NCBI GenBank assembly: GCA_044426045.1
Contig: JAWXUX010000007.1
Coordinates: forward strand, 26,318-90,317
Direction: 5' to 3'
Source: Bacillota bacterium
Lineage (GTDB): Bacteria > Bacillota > Clostridia > Christensenellales > CAMQZB01
Length of the DNA stretch: 64,000 nucleotides
Part shown: positions 17,498-25,940 of the stretch, piece by piece
Position numbering within the stretch: the stretch's first letter is position 1
Layout: each line of letters starts with the position of its first letter
Program-made: the position numbers and the translations under genes
Notes under the pieces: generated by a model
What the model was told of the DNA's origin: nothing
The model's database searches: none
What the model saw: only the letters and a program-made list of their open reading frames with translations

Positions 17498-18463
17498 TTA
17501 CCACAATGATGTTTTAGAAATACTTCTACTGATTGTGTTAGCTGCAATAACAAGCGCAAAGGCTATCATTGAGTTGAACAGTGATGCCGCGGCACCCAAT
17601 CCGTAGTTACCATAGATGATACCGATACGTTGTTCAAATGTTGACAAAACGTCGGCAGTCACGAATGTACTTGTATCATAAAGCAAAAGAACACGTTCGT
17701 AACCAATTGTTAGCATGTTACCAATTCTCATGATGATCATGATGATTAGCGTTGGAGCCATACCAGGGATTGTTACGTATTTGATTTCTTGCATTTTGTT
17801 ACCACCATCAACACGAAGTGCTTCGTAAAGTGCTGGTGAAATACCCATGATTGCAGCGAAGTATACGATTGAACTGTAACCAGATTCTTTCCAAATACCT
17901 GTGATTACATATATTGGGCGGAAGTAGTTAGATGATTTTATGATTGATGTTCCAACTGGAACAATTCCTGTGTCATACAAAAGTTGTGCAACCACACCTG
18001 TTGATTGAGCGCCGGAATAAACCAACATCAGTACGATACCTGTTATTGATACTTCTGAAAGGAAGTGAGGTAGGTATGTGATTGTTTGTGTGATTTTTCT
18101 CACAAAGCCTGAGCCGATTTCACTGAAGAACAAAGCGAGGATGATTGGTATTGGGAAACCAAACACCAACGAATACGCACTGATAACAAAAGTGTTACGG
18201 AACGCCTGCCAGAAAGCAACTTTGTTTACACCATTAACTAGGTTAGCAAAGTTTGCAAATCCTCTGAATTCACTTGCCCACATACCAATTGAAGAGTCAA
18301 AACGCTTGAATGCGATTATCAACCCGCCCATTGGTTTGTATGCCCAAATAGCCATCCAGACGATAAGTGGTAATAAAAGAACGTACAAACGCCAGTCTTT
18401 AAGAACTGCTTTGACGATCGTTTTAAATTTTCCATTTCTCATTTCTACATTTGTGTTTTGCAT
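17498..18463 (-). CDS. carbohydrate ABC transporter permease (LplB/YteP-like)
   Basis: MalF-type permease. ATG at 18463 (MQNTNVEM) is preceded by GAGGT and lies 1 nt after the upstream TGA. Confidence 0.85.
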   Translation of the reverse strand: MQNTNVEMRNGKFKTIVKAVLKDWRLYVLLLPLIVWMAIWAYKPMGGLIIAFKRFDSSIGMWASEFRGFANFANLVNGVNKVAFWQAFRNTFVISAYSLVFGFPIPIILALFFSEIGSGFVRKITQTITYLPHFLSEVSITGIVLMLVYSGAQSTGVVAQLLYDTGIVPVGTSIIKSSNYFRPIYVITGIWKESGYSSIVYFAAIMGISPALYEALRVDGGNKMQEIKYVTIPGMAPTLIIMIIMRIGNMLTIGYERVLLLYDTSTFVTADVLSTFEQRIGIIYGNYGLGAAASLFNSMIAFALVIAANTISRSISKTSLW

Positions 18464-18464
18464 T

Positions 18465-19004
18465 TCAAACCTCATCATTTACTAAGTCATATTTTTCCAT
18501 ATCCACAACCAATCCATTGACTGCCCTCAAAAGGAAGACTGCCAAAATATCAATTGTAATTATAAATAAAGTAGAAGCCAGATAATCTATTGCTCCTGTA
18601 TAAGCTCCTTCGATTATAAAAATCGCAATCCCCTTACCTATACAAAGGGAAAGATGTGAAGCTATCAGAAAACCAAGATATTTAAGCTTTCCTTTAATTA
18701 TCAAGTTTCTGTCGCGTTTCCAATATATAAAGAATGGAAGTGCGAAAAACATTCCTGCACCAACTTCATAAATCACAAAATTGATAAAAGACATATCAGT
18801 TGTGAAATAAAGCAAGCAGTTTGATATCAAAAGCGATATCGCACCGTATCTCCCCCAACGCATGAGAACAACGAATAGCACCACCCATTTTAATGTGTAA
18901 AAATAAGGCGTGTCCATCGAATTCCCAAATTTGACACTGAGAAAGTTAGCAACTGTTGCAAGAACGGCAAAAATGAATATATCTATATTTCGAAATTGTT
19001 TCAT
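18465..19004 (-). CDS. integral membrane protein, unknown function (first gene of the transporter operon)
   Basis: 179 aa with 5-6 hydrophobic helices. Confidence 0.6.
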   Translation of the reverse strand: MKQFRNIDIFIFAVLATVANFLSVKFGNSMDTPYFYTLKWVVLFVVLMRWGRYGAISLLISNCLLYFTTDMSFINFVIYEVGAGMFFALPFFIYWKRDRNLIIKGKLKYLGFLIASHLSLCIGKGIAIFIIEGAYTGAIDYLASTLFIITIDILAVFLLRAVNGLVVDMEKYDLVNDEV

Positions 19005-19323
19005 TTTTATTCCTTTGTTGATTTTCCGAAAATCGAATACCCGCCACCCAAATACCCATCGCCCTTAGGGTGTATAATTCCCCAAAGATTGCCTCTTGGG
19101 GGATATATATTTGATTTTTGTTATGTATCAACAATATTAAATTTAGTATTTACCTATTCAGTACAATTTTCTGCCAATTTGTGTCGCAAAATTCTACATG
19201 GTGTTTTTTGACATATTGGCGTTTTTGAAATTCATATATATGAATAAGATTTATATCTATTCTATTTTAGCATATCGTTTTAATCTTGTCAATAGCAATT
19301 GCAAAAAAAATTATATTTTTTGT

Positions 19324-19429
19324 ATACTTTTTATGTACATTTTGCATTTAATTTTCCCAAAAGTACCATGGCCGAAAATTATACATTTTTTTGATATGCG
19401 GTATGTACATTTATCGATACTTTTTATGT
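19324..19429. promoter_or_regulatory. candidate operator repeats
   Basis: ATACTTTTTATGT occurs at 19324-19336 and 19417-19429. TATGTACATTT (contains the palindrome ATGTACAT) occurs at 19332-19342 and 19402-19412. Confidence 0.3.
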
Positions 19430-19431
19430 GG

Positions 19432-20181
19432 TTAACTGAAATACCCGAGTTGGATAGATATCTTTTCAGCGGCGATTTTAAGTTCCAGTGCCATCTGCTC
19501 AACATCCTCTCCTTCACGATATAAGTCGGAAAGGGATATGGCGGCAACAACCTTGCCTGTGTAGTCAAAAATTGGTGCGGCGCAACAAGAAAGCATTGTG
19601 TCGTTTTCTCTATCGTCAAGCGAATACCCTTTTTTCTTTGTTTCGGTGAGTTGCGTTTCAAGCCTTTCTCTTGAAGTGATTGAATTTTCCGTCGCTGGCT
19701 CGAAATCGATTTTCTCAAGCAGTTCGCAAAGAAGTTCCTTGCTGAGGTTTGCCATAATGGCTTTTCCAAGCGCTGTTATGTGGGCGCGTTTTCTTGAACC
19801 GAGATCGCAAGAGGCAAGCCTCACGCCATCGGCGACGTATTTATGTATGTAGACAATAGATCTGCCACTGAGCACGCCAACAAAACCTGTCTTGCCATAT
19901 TTATCAGCAAGTGGGTCAAGCTGTTGCGCACATTGCGAAACCACGTCCAAATCATTGACGTATTGCATGCCGAGAGTGAATGCTTCAAGCCCTAGGCGAT
20001 ATTTTTTATCATTGTACCTGCTTGGCACGATGAAATTTAGCTCGAGCAATGTTTGCAATATAACAAACGCACTGCTTTTTGGCACTTCGAGGTGCTCTGC
20101 AATGGTTTGCAAAGTCACGCCGTCCTTGTTCTTGGCAACAAACTTCATCATCTGCGCCGATCTCAAAACTGTCCTGTTCAT
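19432..20181 (-). CDS. IclR family transcriptional regulator (KdgR-like by context)
   Basis: wHTH LQTIAEHLEVPKSSAFVILQTL plus an IclR effector domain. ATG at 20181 is preceded by AGGGGAAAT. Confidence 0.85.
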   Translation of the reverse strand: MNRTVLRSAQMMKFVAKNKDGVTLQTIAEHLEVPKSSAFVILQTLLELNFIVPSRYNDKKYRLGLEAFTLGMQYVNDLDVVSQCAQQLDPLADKYGKTGFVGVLSGRSIVYIHKYVADGVRLASCDLGSRKRAHITALGKAIMANLSKELLCELLEKIDFEPATENSITSRERLETQLTETKKKGYSLDDRENDTMLSCCAAPIFDYTGKVVAAISLSDLYREGEDVEQMALELKIAAEKISIQLGYFS

Positions 20182-20405
20182 ATTTCCCCTGTGTTGATGT
20201 GTATTTTTATTACCACCGTTTTCTCTCATCTTTTCAAACTGTAGTATATATTTTCCGCCACAGCTTAATCTCATCTTTTAACTGCGACATATTTTCATTT
20301 ATTATAGTATTTTTATATTTTCATTTGCACATGTTTTCAAATTTGCATTTTTGCATTTTAACATACTTGCATATTTGCATTAGTGCTGACATTCCATTTG
20401 ACAAA

Positions 20406-21350
20406 TTAAAAAATCATCAAGATTTTTGCCACATAAATCAGCACAAAAAGTGACAATGTGGAAAAAAGCGTTGTTGAAGCGACTATGCCCCCAGCGAGTT
20501 CAGCATCGGCACCTTGTTCTTGCGCCATGATGTAACTTGACACCGCAACTGGCGTTGCAAACACAATAAGAACGATTGCAAACATTTCCTCCCTGTAGCC
20601 AAGGAAATAGAAGATTGTGCAAATAATCCCAGGAACTACAACCAAACGAAGAATTGTTCCAATCAAGATGTTCCATTTATCTGCTCTGAGTTTATCAAGT
20701 TTCAAATTGCCACCCAAACAAATCATTGCAAATATAGTTGCGATTGAAGAGACGTTCGAAAGCGTTTTTTCAATCATATATGGAAGCTCGATATTAATAG
20801 CAAGCACAACAAGCCCGAGCACACTTGCAATAATCAACGGATTTTTGCAAATTTTTATTATCATATTTTTCACGCCACCAGTTTTGCCAGTTTGCGAATA
20901 AAATTCCAAGATAAATGTGGCATAAACATTGAACGTTCCCACAACTAGCGCCAAATAGCAAGAAACCATCGCAACGCCGGTGTCACCATAAAGGCTTGAC
21001 ATCAAATATGTTCCAAATAAAACGAAGTTTGAACGAAAGCCCGCTTGGATGATTACGCTGAGTTTTCTCACGTCTTTATAAATAAACCTGAAAATAAACC
21101 AACATCCCAAAAACGCACCAGTGATTGATGCAAGCAATTGAAGTGCAAAAGTCACGTCGAAATTTGCAACATCCCTGCCGTTATAGATATTCAAAAAGAG
21201 CATCACAGGAAGCAAGACCGTGAAAGACAACTTGTTTCCACTTTTCAAAAATTCCTCGCTGACAATTTTTTTCTTAGTGCAAAATGCCCCAAGCAAAATG
21301 AGGAAAAACAGTGGCAACACTATATTCGCGGTAAAAAGCAACTCTTCCAT
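20406..21350 (-). CDS. AEC (auxin efflux carrier) family transporter
   Basis: Ten-TM profile with a typical AEC-type N-terminus MEELLFTANIVLPLFFLILLGAF. Confidence 0.85.
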   Translation of the reverse strand: MEELLFTANIVLPLFFLILLGAFCTKKKIVSEEFLKSGNKLSFTVLLPVMLFLNIYNGRDVANFDVTFALQLLASITGAFLGCWFIFRFIYKDVRKLSVIIQAGFRSNFVLFGTYLMSSLYGDTGVAMVSCYLALVVGTFNVYATFILEFYSQTGKTGGVKNMIIKICKNPLIIASVLGLVVLAINIELPYMIEKTLSNVSSIATIFAMICLGGNLKLDKLRADKWNILIGTILRLVVVPGIICTIFYFLGYREEMFAIVLIVFATPVAVSSYIMAQEQGADAELAGGIVASTTLFSTLSLFVLIYVAKILMIF

Positions 21351-21559
21351 TTATTCATACTCCTAAATCATTTTTATAATTATAAACTTACATCCACCAT
21401 TATAAACCAAGTTTAAACAAAATGCAATACCTTTTTTTAAATTATTTTGATGTTTTTAAAACTTTTTTCGTACCTTTCAATCACCCCCAATCATTTACCA
21501 TAAAAAAAAGCATCTGTATCTCCAAAGGAAATAAAGATGCTTGATTTTCATTATATATG

Positions 21560-21594
21560 CATTTTACATTTTGCATTTTACATTTTGCATTTTG
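21560..21594. repeat. tandem heptad repeat (CATTTTR)x5
   Basis: Read directly from the sequence. About 210 nt upstream of the AEC transporter start. Confidence 0.6.
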
Positions 21595-21645
21595 CAAATT
21601 TGAATACATGTTGATATATTCACATGCACAGTTGCAAATATTTAA

Positions 21646-21826
21646 GGGAACTTCTAAAAACTCTTAACGCAAATCTTAATTCCCAAAAAAGGCTTGATTT
21701 TCTGCAAAATTTCTCGTCGCGAGCGAAGCGACACGCCTGAATATACCCGATATTACTTCGAAATATTGCAAAAAATACGCACTTTTTTTGAAATTAATCT
21801 TTGGTCAATACTTTTTAGAAGTGCCC
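21646..21826 (+). repeat. MITE-like palindromic intergenic element, copy 2
   Basis: Terminal inverted repeats GGGAACTTCTAAAAA and TTTTTAGAAGTGCCC, flanked by TTAA on both sides. Abuts the putP stop. Carries an extra GC-rich insert CGTCGCGAGCGAAGCGACACGCC. Confidence 0.75.
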
Positions 21827-21830
21827 TTAA

Positions 21831-23330
21831 TTATTCAGCGATGAATTCAACAACTTTGTCAAATTCTTCTTGCATTTCAGCTTCTGGTTCTTTATCGAGA
21901 AGTGTCACAACGACAATCGCGATAAGAGAAACGACGAACGCTGGCAAAAGTTCATAAACCGAGAAAATTCCGCCGACAGTTGTTTTCAAGAAGTAGAACA
22001 CGATTGAACCAATACCACCAGAGCAAATACCCCAAACGGCAGCTTTTCTTGTCATGCGTTTCCAATAGATACTCATAACAACAGTTGGACCAAACGCGGC
22101 ACCAAGACCAGCCCACGCAAAGCTTACAATGCCAAATACTGAACTGTTTGGATCAAGTGCAAGCAAAACGGCAAGAAGTGCAACGACAACTACGCTTATT
22201 CTGCTCACCCAAACAACTTCTTTATCTGACGCGTCTTTTTTGATAAGACCTTTATAAAAGTCGGATGCGATAACTGAAGATGTAACCAAAAGTTGAGAAT
22301 CAGCTGTTGACATGATTGCCGCAAGAACTGCAGAAATCAATATACCCGCAATGATTGCAGGGAAGAATTCATAAATCAAAACAATGAAGATTGTTTCTTC
22401 GGCGCCTGAGGCGAGAAGTCCGCCAGTTGACGATAGATAAACTTTACCAAACATACCAACCAAAACTGCAAAGGCAAGAGAGATAACAACCCAAACCATA
22501 GCAATCACAGTTGCAGGCTTAACTTCTTTTGGCGATTTGATTGCCATGAATCTTGCAAGGATGTGTGGTTGACCGCAATAGCCAAGCCCCCAAGCAAGAG
22601 AGGAGAAGATAAGAAGCCATGTAACAGTTCCGCCACTTGGGAAGAAATTCCAAGCACCTTCTTCAAGCATTGCAAATGTCGCTTCCGCACCACCGAGGTT
22701 TGTCACCACGATAACAGGAACAACGATGATTGCAATAAACATCAAAATGCCTTGCATAACATCAGTGAAACAAACTGCCATGAATCCGCCAAGGAATGTG
22801 TAGGCAATGATGATAATCGAGCTTATGATTAGCGCTGTTGTGTATTCAACAGGGAAAATTTGCATGAATAATTTTGCACCTGCGGCAAACATTGAAGACG
22901 TGTAGACAACAAAGAAGAACACGATTGCAATACCAGTTGCAGTTCTGATGATTTTTGTTGTGTCTTTGAATCTGTTTTCAAAATAGTCAGGCAATGTCAA
23001 AGCGTTTCCTGAAATTTCAGTGTAGCCACGAAGTCTTTTTGCAACGAACATCCAGTTTAGAAGTGTTCCCACAGCAAGACCAATTGCTGTCCACCAAGCT
23101 TCAAGCGAGCCAGCAAGTGAAAGATAGGCAAGCCCAGGAAGCCCCATAAGAAGCCATCCGCTCATGTCTGACGCTTGCGCACTTAGCGCTGAAGTCCAAA
23201 CATTGAGTTTTCTGCCACCGAGAATATAGTCTTGCGCATTCTTATTTTTATTATAATAATATGCACCAATACCAATCATCAGTAAAAGATAAAGTATTAT
23301 GACCGTTAGAATTGTTGATTGTTCTGTCAT
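21831..23330 (-). CDS. putP: sodium:proline symporter (SSS family)
   Basis: DYILGGRKLNVWTSALSAQASDMSGWLLMGLPG is the typical PutP motif. Confidence 0.9.
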   Translation of the reverse strand: MTEQSTILTVIILYLLLMIGIGAYYYNKNKNAQDYILGGRKLNVWTSALSAQASDMSGWLLMGLPGLAYLSLAGSLEAWWTAIGLAVGTLLNWMFVAKRLRGYTEISGNALTLPDYFENRFKDTTKIIRTATGIAIVFFFVVYTSSMFAAGAKLFMQIFPVEYTTALIISSIIIIAYTFLGGFMAVCFTDVMQGILMFIAIIVVPVIVVTNLGGAEATFAMLEEGAWNFFPSGGTVTWLLIFSSLAWGLGYCGQPHILARFMAIKSPKEVKPATVIAMVWVVISLAFAVLVGMFGKVYLSSTGGLLASGAEETIFIVLIYEFFPAIIAGILISAVLAAIMSTADSQLLVTSSVIASDFYKGLIKKDASDKEVVWVSRISVVVVALLAVLLALDPNSSVFGIVSFAWAGLGAAFGPTVVMSIYWKRMTRKAAVWGICSGGIGSIVFYFLKTTVGGIFSVYELLPAFVVSLIAIVVVTLLDKEPEAEMQEEFDKVVEFIAE

Positions 23331-23405
23331 AGTTTTCCCTCCGTAATATTTTTTTAACCCTTATATTGTTTTTTGATTTTAATTTGGAAAATTAAAATCA
23401 AAAAA

Positions 23406-23549
23406 AGTGAATAGTGAATGGTGAATAGTGAATAGTGAAGGTAAGCACTCCGCTTCGCCTCGTGCATACTATATTAAAATAATGGAAAGCACGAGGCGTA
23501 GCCGAGTGCATTACCACCACTATTCACTATTACTTATTCTCTATTCACT
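23406..23549. repeat. heptad-armed long hairpin element, copy B
   Basis: Arms are (GTGAATA/GTGAATG)x5 plus GCACTCCGCTTCGCCTCGTGCA, against GCACGAGGCGTAGCCGAGTGCA plus complementary TATTCAC-type heptads. 22-nt AT-rich loop. Confidence 0.8.
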
Positions 23550-23611
23550 CATACTATACTTCATTAGTTTACACGAGTGAAGTACTGTTTGTCAAGCATT
23601 TAGCCTTGCGG

Positions 23612-24718
23612 TTAGGCATTTTGCCAAACCTTGTCGATCTCGCCACCGCCTAGCATGACACCTTCAAATTGTTCGCCCCATGTTTCGTCGCAATATAAAA
23701 CTGCGTATTGACCGCAAGTCACCGCCCTGTCGCCTGTTGGGAAGAAAACTTCCATACTGCCATCATCCGCGATTTTTGCAGTTGCGGGGATTGATTTTCC
23801 GCGATATCTGAATTTTGCAAGGCAAGAGAATTCTGAAACTTCTGGTTTTTTAGTGATGAAGTTGAATTTGTCGCATTTCGCTTTTCTTGAAACGAGTTCT
23901 TCGCCGTCGCCGTTTTGGACGTAGAGAATATTTTTTTCAAGGTCTTTTTTCAAAACGAACCATCTGCCGTTTTCATATCCCTTAACGCCACCGATATTAA
24001 GCCCGCGACGTTGACCGATTGTGTAGTACATAAGCCCGATGTGCTCGCCGATAACTTTGCCATCAAGTGTGCACATTTTGCCAGATTTGGCAGGCAAGTA
24101 GTTTTGAAGGAATTTTCTGAAATTTCTTTCGCCGATAAAGCAAATACCCGTTGAATCTTTCTTTTCCGCCGTTGCGAGGGATAGCTCGTCTGCAATCTTG
24201 CGAACTTCGGGTTTTTCGATATCCGCAAGCGGGAAAAGACAACTGCTCGCTTGTGCATATGATAATTGGTTCAAGAAATAACTTTGGTCTTTATTTTTGT
24301 CGCTTGCCATTTTCAAATAAACAAGCCCGTCGATTTCCGTTCTTGCGACGTAGTGACCCGTTGCAATCATGTCGCCACCGATTGATTTTGCAAACTTCAA
24401 GAATGGTCCGAACTTCACTTCGCGATTGCAAAGCACGTCGGGATTAGGAGTTTTGCCCGCCTTGTAGCTTTCGAGAAAATACGTGAACACGTTTTCATAA
24501 TATTCCTTTGCGTAGTTCACACTGTAAAACGGAATGCCAATGGAATTTGCCACTGACTTTGCATCTTCATAATCAACATCAGATGTACATCTGCCGTTTT
24601 CGTCTTGCTCCTCCCAGTTTTTCATGAAAACACCAATCACTTCATGCCCTTGGTCAAGCAATATTTTTGCGGCAACCGAGCTGTCCACCCCGCCGCTTAA
24701 TCCTAGAATCACTCTCAT
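23612..24718 (-). CDS. mnmA: tRNA 2-thiouridine(34) synthase
   Basis: MRVILGLSGGVDSSVAA PP-loop and a full-length MnmA-like sequence. Confidence 0.95.
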   Translation of the reverse strand: MRVILGLSGGVDSSVAAKILLDQGHEVIGVFMKNWEEQDENGRCTSDVDYEDAKSVANSIGIPFYSVNYAKEYYENVFTYFLESYKAGKTPNPDVLCNREVKFGPFLKFAKSIGGDMIATGHYVARTEIDGLVYLKMASDKNKDQSYFLNQLSYAQASSCLFPLADIEKPEVRKIADELSLATAEKKDSTGICFIGERNFRKFLQNYLPAKSGKMCTLDGKVIGEHIGLMYYTIGQRRGLNIGGVKGYENGRWFVLKKDLEKNILYVQNGDGEELVSRKAKCDKFNFITKKPEVSEFSCLAKFRYRGKSIPATAKIADDGSMEVFFPTGDRAVTCGQYAVLYCDETWGEQFEGVMLGGGEIDKVWQNA

Positions 24719-24809
24719 GTTATAGTCCTTTTTTTATATTGTTTTTGTTGAATTTTTTTATGTTATTTTTTATGTTATTTTTTATATTATATATAGTAAG
24801 CACAAAATG

Positions 24810-25595
24810 CTAGTTATTGCCCCATTCAAAATCGTCAGAATTGATTGTTATCACCTCAGGTTCTTCGCTTTCATCTTGGGAAACGCTAGCTGTGTTTTTT
24901 GATTTGCCCGAGAAAATCTTTTTGGCTTTATCCGCAATAGTTCGCGTTGCAACTGTATCAACTGCGCCAACACCGCTTTTGAAAGCAGCGGTAACACCCG
25001 CCGTGATTTTTTCCGCGCTGTTTTTCATTTTGTTTTTGAGTGAAGCGTTCTTTTTTGCTTCAAGTTCGGCAAGCCTTATTTCCTCAAGGCGTTTTGCAAG
25101 GCGTTTTTCATATATATCCGAAACGATTATCCAAAGATTACCCGCAGAAAACGCAATCAGCATTATGCAAGAAAAAAGTTGGTACTGAATGCCTTCGCCC
25201 CACGTGCCAAAAAGCACAACGATTGTCACAATGTAAGTCACAATCCCCAAAATTCTGCGCAGAATTTTGCACATCTTCGCCATTTTTCCAAGCTCATCTA
25301 GCTTGCTTTTGCCATTTTCAAGCGTCCCCAGCATTGACCAAATGGAAAGCACCGCCATGACAATGAACATCAAATAAAAAATCGCACCGAAAATTATCAT
25401 CACCACATCGCTGATTTTGCCAAGATTGTTAAGGCAAATCACGCCATAAGACACGAAAATCAACATTGACACAAGATAAAAAGCAGTCAAATACACCCGA
25501 AATTTCCTAGACAAAAAATCCGTGCTAGTATCAACCACGTTTTCCACCTTTTTATCCATCCACCTATCAAAAAATGATTTATTACTTCCAGACAT
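24810..25595 (-). CDS. membrane protein with a charged/disordered C-terminal tail, unknown function
   Basis: Four TM helices followed by a Lys/Glu-rich coiled region. Confidence 0.6.
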   Translation of the reverse strand: MSGSNKSFFDRWMDKKVENVVDTSTDFLSRKFRVYLTAFYLVSMLIFVSYGVICLNNLGKISDVVMIIFGAIFYLMFIVMAVLSIWSMLGTLENGKSKLDELGKMAKMCKILRRILGIVTYIVTIVVLFGTWGEGIQYQLFSCIMLIAFSAGNLWIIVSDIYEKRLAKRLEEIRLAELEAKKNASLKNKMKNSAEKITAGVTAAFKSGVGAVDTVATRTIADKAKKIFSGKSKNTASVSQDESEEPEVITINSDDFEWGNN

Positions 25596-25718
25596 ATCAC
25601 ACCACCGTTTTTTCTATCTTCGTTTTTTACTATCTTATATGATAACATATTGGGGGAGAGATTGTCAAATGGCACGCAGTTAGGGTTTTGGGGAGCAGAG
25701 TTTTTGGGACGCTGTTTT

Positions 25719-25925
25719 AAGGTGAAAGGTGAAAGGTGAAAGGTGAAAGGTGTGGTAGGCACTCGCTTCGCTCGTGCACCCCATTTGGATTTGGACAGCA
25801 AAATAGGAACGTTCCTATTTAATAGTTACGTTCCTACAAGTGGTTACAAATATAATTGAAAAGCACAAGGCGAAGCCGCGTGCATTACCACACCTTTCAC
25901 CTTTCACCTTTCACCTTTCACCTTA
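25719..25925. repeat. heptad-armed long hairpin element, copy C
   Basis: TTAA-(GGTGAAA)x4-GGTGTGGTAGGCACTCGCTTCGCTCGTGCA ... GCACAAGGCGAAGCCGCGTGCATTACCACACC-(TTTCACC)x4-TTAA. About 80-nt loop containing the palindrome AATAGGAACGTTCCTATT (25802-25819). Confidence 0.85.
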
Positions 25926-25940
25926 AGCGAAGCGTTTCAC

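Noticed and set aside
19020-19100. GC-richer leader upstream of the first transporter-operon gene (AATACCC direct repeats and a CCCCAA..TTGGGG hairpin) as a possible riboswitch
   Set aside because: I could not match it to any riboswitch consensus I know (preQ1, THF, TPP and others). It is left uncalled and would need cmscan.
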